Assembly: GCA_965223075.1 (NCBI GenBank)
Contig: OZ244986.1
Location: 3,116,101-3,180,100, forward strand
Source of the DNA: Candidatus Marinacidobacterium sp.
GTDB taxonomy: Bacteria; Acidobacteriota; Vicinamibacteria; Marinacidobacterales; Marinacidobacteraceae
Length of the DNA stretch: 64,000 nucleotides
Direction of reading: 5' to 3'
In this document: positions 39,331 through 48,915 of the stretch, piece after piece
How positions within the stretch are numbered: the stretch's first letter is position 1
How the letters are laid out: every line of letters starts with the position of its first letter
Made by a program: the position numbers and the translations under genes
The notes under the pieces: generated by a model
The model's input: the letters and a program-made list of their open reading frames with translations, nothing else
Databases searched by the model: none
Told to the model about the DNA's origin: nothing

Positions 39331-40562
39331 CAGAACTGGGGCACCGAGGCGAGGCTGAAGAGCGGGAGGTAGATCGCGAGGAGCACCAGGGCGACGAAAC
39401 CGCCCAGGATGACTAGCACGACCGGGGTCAGCAGGCTGAGCAGCACCGTCACCCGGTTCTCGATCACCTCGTCGTTGAAGTCGGCGACCGAGGAAACCAT
39501 CCGGGCGAGGTCGCCGGTGCCCTCTCCCACCCGGACCATCTGAAGCGCGAACCCCGGGATCTCACCGCTCTCGGCGAGCGTTTCCACGAAGGAGCGGCCC
39601 TCGCGGACCAGTTCCGCGGTGGGTTCCAGAACGCTCCTGAGGTGGCGGTTGCCCACCGCCCCGGCGGCGACCGGGATTGCGTTCGCGAGCGGCATCCCCC
39701 CGGCGAGCAGGGTGCCGAGCGCCCGCGAGAACTGGGAGACGGCGTAGAGCCTCAGGACCTGTCCCACGGCCGGGAGGCGCAGGACAAAGCGGTCCCGGAG
39801 ACGCTTCGCCCGCTCTGTGCGCGACCAGGCGGTGAAGAGCAGGAGCGCGCCGAGCAGGCCGCCGACCACCCAGACGAGGTGCTCCCGGACGAACTGCGCG
39901 CCGCTCAGGAGCGCCTTGGTGAGGGGAGGCAGCTCCTGCCCGAAGCCGGCGAAGAAGGGGATGAAGTTCGGGACCACCCCGAGGAGAAGGTAGGCGGCAG
40001 TGCCGAGGAGCGCAGCCAGCAGGAAGGCGGGGTACACCAGGGCGGCGGTCAGGGTCGATCGGGCCTTCACCGCGACCCGCATGGCATCCGTGAATCGCCC
40101 GAGCATCCCCGCGAGGTCGCCGCTGGTCTCTCCCGCCTGGAGGCAGGCGGGATAGACGGACGGGAAGAACGGATAGCGGCTCGCCGCGGTGCTCATCGGC
40201 ACCCCGGACCGAATCTCGGAGAGGATCGTCAGGACCGCATCCCGAAAGGTCCGGTTCTCCATGCGCTCCACCATGATCCCGAGCGATTCTGCGAGCGGCA
40301 GCCCGGCGTTCAGCAGCGCGGCGAGTTCCTGGTTGAAGAGGAGCACCTCGCGGCTGCGGACCGGGCGCCGGCCGCGGAAGAGGGCGGTTCCTCCCTCGGA
40401 GAGGCGGCCCAGCCCGGCGAACAACGAGATGCGCCGGATCGCGAAGACGTGAAGCCCCTGGCTCTGGAGTTCCTGGCGGGCGGCGTCGGCGTCCCGGGCG
40501 GTCAGCCGGAGCCGCCGCAGGTCGCCCGCGGGTTCACCGACCTGGCAGAGGAATTCGGGCAT
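39330..40562 (-). CDS. Type II secretion system F family (GspF/PilC) platform protein
   Basis: FNQELAALLNAGLPL, AGETSG, ALVYP and MVRVGEGTGDL. Confidence 0.92.
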   Translation of the reverse strand: MPEFLCQVGEPAGDLRRLRLTARDADAARQELQSQGLHVFAIRRISLFAGLGRLSEGGTALFRGRRPVRSREVLLFNQELAALLNAGLPLAESLGIMVERMENRTFRDAVLTILSEIRSGVPMSTAASRYPFFPSVYPACLQAGETSGDLAGMLGRFTDAMRVAVKARSTLTAALVYPAFLLAALLGTAAYLLLGVVPNFIPFFAGFGQELPPLTKALLSGAQFVREHLVWVVGGLLGALLLFTAWSRTERAKRLRDRFVLRLPAVGQVLRLYAVSQFSRALGTLLAGGMPLANAIPVAAGAVGNRHLRSVLEPTAELVREGRSFVETLAESGEIPGFALQMVRVGEGTGDLARMVSSVADFNDEVIENRVTVLLSLLTPVVLVILGGFVALVLLAIYLPLFSLASVPQF

Positions 40563-40638
40563 GGGGCAGGCCTTGGTGATGGTAAACGGGGGAGGTGGTG
40601 CCGTGCTTTTTTCGGCACCTGACCGCTAGACTCGCTTC

Positions 40639-41151
40639 ATGAGTCGAAAGAAGACTGCCAGGACGAAACGCCGGCTACGTTCGGCTGGAGCCCGTTCGGG
40701 AGGCTTTCGCAACGAGCAGGTGCTTTCCGAGAACCGGAGGGCGCGGCGGAACTTCGTGATCCTCGAGCAGTTCGAGGCGGGAGTCGCGCTCACCGGAGCC
40801 GAGGTGAAGTCCTGCCGGGCAGGCGGGGCGAACCTGAAGGACGCCTACGGCCGCGAGCGGAACGGCGAACTCTTCCTCGTGAACTGCCATATCGCGCCCT
40901 ACGTGAACGCCCCCCCGGAGCAGGGGAATCCGGAACGGAACCGGAAGCTGCTGCTCCACGAGGACGAGATGCAGCGGATCGCCGGGAAGCTGACCACCGC
41001 GGGCCTCACGCTGGTGCCGCTCCGCATCCATCTCCGGAACGGCTGGATCAAGGTGCAGGTAGCGCTCGCCAAGGGCAAGAGCACCCGCGACCGCCGCGAA
41101 ACCATCCGCAAGCGCGAAGCCGACCGCGAAGTCCGCGAAGCCCTGGGCTAA
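40639..41151 (+). CDS. smpB: SsrA-binding protein SmpB
   Basis: ENRRARRNF, EAGVALTGAEVKS, HIAPY, RKLLLH, TLVPL and ALAKGK...DRRETI. Confidence 0.96.
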   Translation: MSRKKTARTKRRLRSAGARSGGFRNEQVLSENRRARRNFVILEQFEAGVALTGAEVKSCRAGGANLKDAYGRERNGELFLVNCHIAPYVNAPPEQGNPERNRKLLLHEDEMQRIAGKLTTAGLTLVPLRIHLRNGWIKVQVALAKGKSTRDRRETIRKREADREVREALG

Positions 41152-41158
41152 GGACGCA

Positions 41159-41268
41159 GGGAGCGCCGGTCTTCAGACCGGCACCCGCCCGCGCAGCGGG
41201 CGGAACCGCGCATCGCTACGGAGAAAGAGCGCGCAGACGGCTGGGAGCGCCGGTCTTCAGACCGGCAC
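41159..41268 (+). repeat. Two identical 26-bp REP-like hairpins in direct orientation
   Basis: GGGAGCGCCGGTCTTCAGACCGGCAC at 41159-41184 and 41243-41268. The spacer CGCATCGCTACGGAGAAA is shared with 48836-48860. Confidence 0.85.
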
Positions 41269-41718
41269 GCGGCCCGTAGGGCCACGTTGAGTGTCGCGTA
41301 AGTCAATGAATGTTCTCGATGTTATACGTGATCCCCAAGAAGTGGACATCACATCAGGCGGCACATCCTCAATTGGCCGGAAACCCCGGGCCGAAGGGGG
41401 TAGCGGCAGGAAGCTTGGGCGCCGTCGAGCCCACCGGCTGGCGGGGTCTGGGACCGCAAGCCGCAGCTAGCGGAGCAGCGGCAGGAACATATCGCACCTT
41501 CGAACGCCTGCCGGGCGCGCGTGCATCGGGATGATCAACGCCGTGAAGGGGACGTGCTGGCCATCCACGACGATCACCGTGTGTCATTCGACCGGGAAGC
41601 GGAGCGCCGGCCTAAAGCATTGCCGGGCGTCCGGGAGTCCTGGGGCAGGCGCGAAACGGGCCGGGCTTCCCCGAGTGATGCACCCTCCGCGGGGTCACGC
41701 TCGGGGCCGCTTTCGGAA

Positions 41719-41759
41719 TAGCGGAAGTCAACACCCCCTTCCGCTACTACTTCCGCTAC
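41719..41759. repeat. Short direct and inverted motif array (candidate integrase arm-type sites)
   Basis: CTTCCGCTA at 41738 and 41750 (12-bp period), plus an inverted copy at 41719-41727. Confidence 0.45.
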
Positions 41760-42292
41760 CCCGTTCTCGCCACCGTGCGTCTCGAAACCCGTTGGCAGCG
41801 CTGCGGTTCGCTCGCAGGCTCCCGAACCGGACTCTCCGTTTGGGCGGAGAGTGGGGCTGGGAGCGACCCCCCTCCGAACGTCCGATCTACAGCCCCGCAA
41901 TCCGGACTTGTGCAAGCCCTTTTGCTACCTGTCAGGGTCGCTCCCAGCCCGCGCCTGCGGCGCGATCCATCCCTGCGGGAAGGCTTCGAACCCGCCTGGG
42001 CGGCGGGTGGGCGGCCGGCGACGTCTCCGCCGCCACGGGGTCCTCGATGCGGACGAAGGCACCGAGCCACCGCTCCCCGAGGCCGCTCTGGACCTCGTTG
42101 GCCCGCTCCCCGACGTTGGGGAGCCGGAGGGCCTCCGCCGGGGCGCAGGCGGCCTGTTCCGCCCGCGGGACGCGGGCGGCGACCACAACGGTGCGCCGCT
42201 ACGCCAGGAGCGCACCGGTGCGGGGTCCGGGGGCGCGCCCCCGTCCGTCCGTGGCTACCGCAGCGGCGCGAGAGGCCGGGGGTTCAGAAGGG

Positions 42293-42342
42293 GGGCATCG
42301 CCAAGGGCATCGCCCTCGCCAGCTCCAGTGTGTACACACTGG
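42293..42342. repeat. 10-bp direct repeats plus a perfect 18-bp palindrome
   Basis: GGGCATCGCC at 42293 and 42305 (12-bp period); CCAGTGTGTACACACTGG at 42325-42342. Confidence 0.5.
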
Positions 42343-42600
42343 GTAGGCTGGCTCTCGCTCTCGTGGCTTAGTGGTCATGTCGGGTGCCTTCGCTGACGCC
42401 TCGAACGTTGCCGCGAAAACACGGGAGCGGCCGGAGAGGCGAGCGTCACACACTTCGGGAACTGCGGATCGCTGCTCAGCTTGGAGGTGCGCACCAAGTG
42501 CGGTTCTCGACTCGTGCGCCGCCCAGATCCGTTGGCAGCGCCGTCCTGCCTCACCCGCGATGTCTGTGGCGTGTGATAGAACTGGCCCATTCCCCACCAA

Positions 42601-45075
42601 ATGGCGAAGCTAGTGGTCAGGGTGTCTTGGCCTGTCGTCGCCCTCCTGATCGCCGCGGCCGGCTGCGGCGGCGGCACGGACGGCGCACCCGCCGCGCCCC
42701 CGACCGCACCGGCGCCCCCGCCGGCACCAGCGCCGCCGCCCCCGCCAGCGCCTCCAATGACCGTGACCGGGACCGTGCGGGCGAGTGGCGGGCCGGCTTC
42801 CGTCGTGGCGGGCGCGGTGGTGCAGGCCAGGAATCTCGACACCGGGGCGGTGGACGGTGAAGCCACCACGGACATGGACGGCTCCTACGCCATCGAGGGG
42901 CTGCAGGGGGATCGCTACTCCATCGAGGTCACGCCCCCGTCCGGGTATCTCTCGGCTGCCCCGGTGCTCGTCAACCGGCCGGAAAGCGGCGACCTGGAAC
43001 TGAGCGCTGATTTCTCGCTGCTCTACTACACCCTCCCCGACGGAGCCGTGATCGCGTTGCCTGCCGACCGCCTGGTTTACAAAGCCGCCAACTTCTTCGA
43101 TCTCGAAGGGAAGACCGTGACCTTCACTCCGGACGGCGACGGTTACGCAGTCGCGGTGGACGGTCCGAGCTGGGAACAGCCGGGGCCAGCCGCCTCCACA
43201 TACCAGCTGGACGGCACCCGTCGTCCGTTTAGGGTGGTCGATCTGCCGTTTTCCTTTTCCTTCGCCGGGGCAACCTGGAACCGCGTCTACGCCAACGCGA
43301 ACGGCCACATCTCCTTCCAGCGCCCGGAGCGGGAGAACTGGCTGCAGCGCGACCCCTGGCCGGACGGAACGATGCGTTCCGTGGCAGCGGCCATTGACTC
43401 CCGCTCGGCCGCCGGACTGGAAGCCAAGATCGCAGCGCTGTGGGCCATCTACGGGGACATGACGCTTTCCGTCGATTCCACTCCCGCCCGGGCGGTGTTC
43501 AGTTGGGCGGCGACCCGTCCGATGCCTGCCTATGCGTTTCACGCGCCACTCGGCCCCAACGTGTTCCAGGCGCGGCTTTACCCGTCCGGAAGGATTGAAC
43601 TCGCCTACCGCGCGGTGGCGGAACGGGACGGCTTCGTGGGTCTGTTCCGCACCCTGAGCGGACGCGGCCGCATTCTGGACGCGCCCGCTGAGGCGGCCGG
43701 GGACGTCGAGGAGCCGGTGGTGGACATCACCGACCTGGAGCTGGTGGACACCGGCAGCACCCTGCTCTTCAGGATGACGCTGGCCGCGGATGTCCCGGAA
43801 CAGGTGGACGACGGCGAGATCGCCTATCTGATCTTCTTTCGTTTCGGCGAGTACGACTGTGTGGCTAGACTCGCAGTAAACGCGAACGGACGGGAACCGG
43901 TCTGGCGCTGTCGGCCGGCTCCGCATAGCTTCGGCCATCGGGTGCGCGGATCGACCGTCGAGTTCTTTGTTTCCAAGACGCTCTTCCACGGTGCGGACCG
44001 CTTTGCATGGGACGCCGACGTGGTGTGGCGGGCACGGGAGCAATTCGATCACATAGACGAAGTCGGCACGGCGCGGATGGATCGGACGGACCTCGACCTC
44101 GGCGCGCTAGCGGGGACGGTGAACGGAAACGTGTTCGAGGTGTTCCACTACCCGGTGGTTCCGAAGTCCATAGACCACGTTACGTCATACATCTACGAAC
44201 AGGTACCGGCAAACGATGAAATCGCCGTGCTGTTCACGGACTTCCGCATCGACGACCTGTACGGCCACGGACCGAGCACGGGACCGCTCAATGTGGCGGT
44301 TCAAGGGATCGGCGCTTCCAACGCCGATCCCCGCTCGGGCGAAGACTACGGCTCGCAGAGCCTGCTGGTCAGCATGGCGCCGCAGTTCATCGGGGGAGAG
44401 AACCTCTGGAGGGAAACCGGCCTGGGCGAGAACGGCCACCCGTTCCGCAACTTTGCGGAGGGAATCTGGTGGACCGCGCACGAAGCCACTCACCGATGGG
44501 TCGCGCGCATACTGTTCCGGAATCCCCTCTCCGGACAGATCGAGAGCTTGCGAGATGACGGTAGTCATTGGAGTAGGTTCCTCCACTCACCTGCGGTATA
44601 TCCGGTGTGGCCGGGTTTTTCGGGTGAACGCTACGTCGAGAGGTCGGTCAATGGTGGAGGCGTCTGGAGGGACAACGGCGACGGAACCTTCACCCGGCAG
44701 GACGACGGGAGAGCGTTGGCGCGTGGCCTTTCAGCACTCGATCTCTACGCGATGGGGATGATTCCGCCGGAAGAGGTACCCGATACATTCATACTGCGCG
44801 TTGCCGAGGGAGCGCGGCCTGAGGGAACGGTCAGGGCGACGAAGGTGCCCGTCCGCATCGAGGACGTGATCGCGGCGATGGGGCCGCGCGCGCCCGCGGC
44901 GGATGAGTCCCGCAAGGAGTTCCGGCTGGGGGTCTACCTGCTGCACGACGGCATAACGCCCCGGCCGGACCTGCTCCAGCGGGCGCGGGGCGTCTCGGCA
45001 GCGGTCGCCGAGTACTTCTTCCGGGCCACCGGCGGCCGAATGATGGTGTTGCCGAATCCGGACTCCACACCCTAG
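42601..45075 (+). CDS. Large lipoprotein with Pro-rich linker, carboxypeptidase-regulatory-like domain and HExxH motif
   Basis: AAAGC lipobox, APPPAPAPPPP linker, TTDMDGSYAIEGL, HEATHRW and LDLYAMGMIP. Confidence 0.75.
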   Translation: MAKLVVRVSWPVVALLIAAAGCGGGTDGAPAAPPTAPAPPPAPAPPPPPAPPMTVTGTVRASGGPASVVAGAVVQARNLDTGAVDGEATTDMDGSYAIEGLQGDRYSIEVTPPSGYLSAAPVLVNRPESGDLELSADFSLLYYTLPDGAVIALPADRLVYKAANFFDLEGKTVTFTPDGDGYAVAVDGPSWEQPGPAASTYQLDGTRRPFRVVDLPFSFSFAGATWNRVYANANGHISFQRPERENWLQRDPWPDGTMRSVAAAIDSRSAAGLEAKIAALWAIYGDMTLSVDSTPARAVFSWAATRPMPAYAFHAPLGPNVFQARLYPSGRIELAYRAVAERDGFVGLFRTLSGRGRILDAPAEAAGDVEEPVVDITDLELVDTGSTLLFRMTLAADVPEQVDDGEIAYLIFFRFGEYDCVARLAVNANGREPVWRCRPAPHSFGHRVRGSTVEFFVSKTLFHGADRFAWDADVVWRAREQFDHIDEVGTARMDRTDLDLGALAGTVNGNVFEVFHYPVVPKSIDHVTSYIYEQVPANDEIAVLFTDFRIDDLYGHGPSTGPLNVAVQGIGASNADPRSGEDYGSQSLLVSMAPQFIGGENLWRETGLGENGHPFRNFAEGIWWTAHEATHRWVARILFRNPLSGQIESLRDDGSHWSRFLHSPAVYPVWPGFSGERYVERSVNGGGVWRDNGDGTFTRQDDGRALARGLSALDLYAMGMIPPEEVPDTFILRVAEGARPEGTVRATKVPVRIEDVIAAMGPRAPAADESRKEFRLGVYLLHDGITPRPDLLQRARGVSAAVAEYFFRATGGRMMVLPNPDSTP

Positions 45076-45369
45076 CGTCGGCTACCACCGACGGGAATGT
45101 CGGCATTGCCGACGGTCCCGGGTTGCGAACCACCTCGCGTCACGTAGTGTCTTTGGCGCGCGACTCGGAGAGGAACGGTGAACAACGGGCGCGACTCCGG
45201 TGCTGGCGTCCTACGGTCACGCCCTCGGGATGCCGGACTTCGCCGCCCAGTGTGGCCTCGCCAAGGACCTCGCCGCCCGACCCCTCCGGATGATCTTGGA
45301 ATGCCGTCCGCTCGGACACGCGCCCGAAATCTCGTGCGTCTGCAACGTGACGCGGGCGGCGACCACGAA

Positions 45370-45501
45370 GGTGCGCCGGTAGGCCGCCTCGATGCTGTTC
45401 GTGTTCGCATGGCCCAGTGCCAGCTCGCAGATCTCGCGCGGCGCGTCCGTGCACTCTGCCGCCCAATCCCGGAAGCTCGCCCGAAACGCGTGTGGCACCG
45501 C
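45370..45501 (-). pseudogene. C-terminal fragment of a P4-like tyrosine integrase
   Basis: AVPHAFRASFRDWAAE...EICELALGH...IEAAYRRT contains the HxxR, H and catalytic Y motifs. Confidence 0.8.
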
Positions 45502-45998
45502 GATCTCCACCTTCAGGCGCTCGTCCGCCCGTGCCCGCCGGCTGGCGCCGCGGTCGCACCACCCGTAATACCCACTCCGGGAGACGCCCAGCAACCCCGC
45601 CATCGCCCGCACGCTCATCTCGGCCTGGCTCGCAGCCATCAGTCGATACCTCCCGACGACGTCTCCCGAGCGAACCAGGCCGCCGCTTTTTTAAGAGGCG
45701 TTCTCCCGCTTCAACCGCCGGTTCTCACGCTCCAGCCGCTGCAACTCCTCCCGCTCCTCCTTCGTCCAGCCGTCCGCCGCGCGACCCTCCGCCGCATCCG
45801 CCTGCATCACCCAGCGCCGGATCGCTCGCGGACTCGCCTCATATTCCAGGGCGACTTCCTCCGCGCTCCGGCCCGACCGCACCAGCGCCACGATCCGCTT
45901 CCGATACTCCGCCGTATACCGACGTCCGTTCTTGGCCAACTCAGACCTCCTCCGTGCCACTGGCACTATGAGTGGGTCGATCTACCGGGGCAACTCCA
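45502..45998 (-). mobile_element. Truncated IS3-family element (left end, OrfA, start of OrfB)
   Basis: 5'-TGGAGTTGCCCCGG end at 45998; OrfA from TTG 45939 (RRYTAEYRKRIVALVRSG...ELQRLERENRRLKRE); AAAAAAG slippery motif at about 45686-45692; OrfB start (GVSRSGYYGW) cut after 46 codons. Confidence 0.85.
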
Positions 45999-46126
45999 CT
46001 CCGGCCGGCATCGCTCCCCGCAGGGCCGCACGCGGTGAATCGCTGATCCGCCGAATCACTCCACCGCCCCGGCCGGTGATCTCCACCCGGTACCCTCCGG
46101 ACAGGAGCGAACCAAACGAACCCAAC

Positions 46127-46630
46127 GTGACGGACCTGACCGAGGAACTCGGCGCCTGGGACGGCAAGTCCGCGGCCCCATTGCAGTCGATCTACGAGCG
46201 GCATGGCGCTGACGAGGACTTCGTCGCGACGATCCTGGCTCGTTTTCCGGATGCAAACCTCCAACGGGCGGCCACCTGGCTGTTGAAACGACACCTGGAA
46301 CTCGGAAATCCCCTCTCCGCTCGCGAGTGCCGTTCCATCCTGGGCAGTCTCTCCGTCCAGCAGGACTGGGAAAGCAGGCTGCACCTCCTCCAGTGCCTTC
46401 CCCATCTGAGCATTCCCGACGAAGACCGCGTTGGTCTCGAGCAGTTTCTGGATGCGTGTGTCAGGAGCGACAAGAAGTTCGTCAGGGCGTGGGCCTACAG
46501 CGGGTACAACGAATTGGCGCTGCGTTTTCCGCAAACCCGGGAGGCGGTGGACGGCCTGCTTGCCCGGGCCGCCGGGTCGGAGGCTGCGTCGGTCCGGGCG
46601 AGGATTCGCAACCTGCGCAAAGGGCGCTGA
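46127..46630 (+). CDS. Hypothetical helical-repeat protein
   Basis: WDGKS..., WESRLHLLQCLP, KFVRAWAYSG and AASVRARIR; GTG start inferred. Confidence 0.7.
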   Translation: MTDLTEELGAWDGKSAAPLQSIYERHGADEDFVATILARFPDANLQRAATWLLKRHLELGNPLSARECRSILGSLSVQQDWESRLHLLQCLPHLSIPDEDRVGLEQFLDACVRSDKKFVRAWAYSGYNELALRFPQTREAVDGLLARAAGSEAASVRARIRNLRKGR

Positions 46631-46669
46631 GCCAGCCGCGAGGCCCGGCCGCCCGTTCAGCCTCGGACC

Positions 46670-46735
46670 GGCGCATCCCCGTAGAATCGGTCCCCGGCCA
46701 CCGGACCTATATCGGGAGGCAACGGGAGGTTCCCC
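46670..46735 (+). promoter_or_regulatory. Putative promoter and RBS homologous to those upstream of 49993
   Basis: CCCCGTAGAATCG (TAGAAT 46682-46687) and ACGGGAGGT match 49942-49954 and 49979-49987. Confidence 0.55.
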
Positions 46736-48724
46736 ATGCCCTCAGTCACCAGAATCAGCGCCCTCTCAGCCCTCTCGCTCGCACTCCTCGCCGCCCCCAC
46801 CGCCGCCCAGGATCCCGAAACCCGCCGCCCGGTCGCCGGCCGGAGCGCAGCCGAACCGCTTCCCGTGGAGACGCTCCTGTCGCTCTCCTCTGCCGTGGGC
46901 GGCGAGACGCCGCGCTGGGCCCCGGAAGGCGACCGGATCCTCCTGGGTGGCTCGAACCTGCGGCTCATCCGTGCCGAAGGTGGCGCGATCAGCGAACTGC
47001 CGGTGGCTACGGGAGGCAGCGGTCATTTTCTGGCGTCGGCCGAGCCGCAGTGGTCGCCGGACGGACAATGGATCTCCTATGTCTCGGACAGGAGCGGCAC
47101 ACCGGAGGTCTGGCTCTGGTCCGTTGCGGGAGGCGAGGCGTTCCGCATCACCGGGAACGGCGGCCGGCTGATCAAGGGCTACTCCTGGTCGCCGGACGGG
47201 CGCCGGATCGCGTTCTCCGGCAATCGTCACGGGCAATACGACGTGTGGACGGTGGAGGTCCCGTCCGGGGAGGCTCACCGGCTTACCGACGGACCCGAAC
47301 TGGAGGTCTATCCCGCCTGGAGCCCCGATTCCGCGTCTGTCCTGTTCGTCCGACTCGATGGCGAATGGATGGACCATGAGGTTGTGGAAGTCCCGGCCGA
47401 CGGCGGTGAAGAGCGGGTCATCGTGCGCGACGAGGACTTCTTCGACTACGGGGAGGGCGGCACGTTCGGCTATCCCCTGGTCTCCCCGGACGGCTCCACG
47501 GTGGTGTTTCCGTCCTACCGCTCGGGTTGGATCAACTACTGGGGCGTGCCCCGGTCGGGAGGAGAACCCAGGCCGCTGGTGGCGGCCGAGGCCGACCAGA
47601 CGGAAGGTGCCTGGTCCCCAGGCGGCGGAGGGTTCGCGTACGTCGAGAACCACGGGGGCACCTACCAGCTCCGAATCGCGCCGGCAGGTGGCGGAGAGCC
47701 GCGCGTCATAGCGGCTCCCGAGTCCGGAATCATCGGTGCGCCTCAGTGGTCTCCGGACGGCAGCCGCATCTCCTACACCCTCGAGACGCCGACTCGCCCC
47801 GGGGATCTGGTTGTCCATGCCCTCGCATCGGGGAAGTCGTCCAGGCTGACCGATTCGATGCCGATGGAGGCGATCGAGAATCGCCTGGTCATGCCCGCGA
47901 AGTTGGCGTTCTCGAGCGGGGACGGCCTGGCGATCCCCTCCTATCTCTACCGGCCCGGCGCCGGGCGGGGCGACGAAGATCGCCGCTATCCGGCGATCGT
48001 CTGGACCCACGGCGGACCCACGTCGCAATGGGAGGACAGCTTCGAATCCGCGATCCAGTTCTTCGTTCAGCGTGGCTACGTGGTACTGCTGCCCAACGTG
48101 CGCGGAAGCTCCGGGTATGGCCGCGCGTTCGAGGAGGCCAACGACGGCTGCTGGGGCAAGTGCGACTTCGCGGATGCGGTGGCGGCCGCGGAGTACCTCC
48201 GAACCCTCCCGTACGTCGACCCGGTGCGCATTGGAACCACCGGAACCAGCTACGGAGGGTTCATGTCGTGCGCGGCGGTGAGCTTCGGCGGCGAGACCTT
48301 CCAGGCCGTGATCGCGGCGTCCGGCTACTGCGACCGGGTCACCTTCTTCGAGGACGGCGAATTCCGCCACCTGCAGCAGCTGCGCAAGGAGATGGGGCGG
48401 CTCGAGGAGCACAGGGATCGCTACCTCGCGAACTCCCCCTACTATCACCTCGCCGATGCCCGGGTACCCGTCTTCGTGCTCCACGGCGAGGGACGCTATC
48501 CGGGCTCACCGCAGATGACCGAATTCTTCCGGGAGCTGCAGCGCCTCTACAAGCCCGCCCGCTACAAGGCCTACGCAGGCGAGAACTTCTACGTCAGAGG
48601 CTTCGAGAACAGGATGGAGATGCTCGCCGACATGAAGGCGTTCTTCGACTTCTATCTGCTGGGAAAGGACATCGAGCTCCCGGGGGTCGGGTATCTGGAG
48701 GAACTCGAAGGCGTGTCCCACTGA
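46736..48724 (+). CDS. Second S9-family peptidase homologue, secreted, catalytic His/Asp not conserved
   Basis: WSPDG repeats, THGGP, NVRGSSGYG and GTSYGG. The C-terminus reads LHGEGRY...YAGENFY. Confidence 0.88.
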   Translation: MPSVTRISALSALSLALLAAPTAAQDPETRRPVAGRSAAEPLPVETLLSLSSAVGGETPRWAPEGDRILLGGSNLRLIRAEGGAISELPVATGGSGHFLASAEPQWSPDGQWISYVSDRSGTPEVWLWSVAGGEAFRITGNGGRLIKGYSWSPDGRRIAFSGNRHGQYDVWTVEVPSGEAHRLTDGPELEVYPAWSPDSASVLFVRLDGEWMDHEVVEVPADGGEERVIVRDEDFFDYGEGGTFGYPLVSPDGSTVVFPSYRSGWINYWGVPRSGGEPRPLVAAEADQTEGAWSPGGGGFAYVENHGGTYQLRIAPAGGGEPRVIAAPESGIIGAPQWSPDGSRISYTLETPTRPGDLVVHALASGKSSRLTDSMPMEAIENRLVMPAKLAFSSGDGLAIPSYLYRPGAGRGDEDRRYPAIVWTHGGPTSQWEDSFESAIQFFVQRGYVVLLPNVRGSSGYGRAFEEANDGCWGKCDFADAVAAAEYLRTLPYVDPVRIGTTGTSYGGFMSCAAVSFGGETFQAVIAASGYCDRVTFFEDGEFRHLQQLRKEMGRLEEHRDRYLANSPYYHLADARVPVFVLHGEGRYPGSPQMTEFFRELQRLYKPARYKAYAGENFYVRGFENRMEMLADMKAFFDFYLLGKDIELPGVGYLEELEGVSH

Positions 48725-48744
48725 ACATCGAGCAGTTCGGAGAA

Positions 48745-48915
48745 AGAGCGCGGGGACGGCCGGGAACGCGGGCCAGTCCTCCCGGTGGGGGCCTTCAGAT
48801 CAGACCGGCACCGCTGCGCGAAGCGCAGCGAAACCGCGCATCGCTACGGAGAAAAAGCGCACAGACGGCTTGGAACGCCGACCTCCGGTCGGCACCGCTC
48901 CCCGCAGGGGAGCGA
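48745..48915 (+). repeat. REP-like cluster with 15-bp insert and TCAGA doublet
   Basis: GGCC-AGTCCTCCCGGTGGG-GGCC at 48771-48793; TCAGATCAGA at 48795-48804; intact hairpin at 48872-48895. Confidence 0.8.

Noticed and set aside
41151-42600. tmRNA or tRNA gene next to smpB
   Set aside because: No acceptor stem, T-arm/CCA or tag reading frame could be built; only a weak 15-nt resemblance to a tRNA end was seen.
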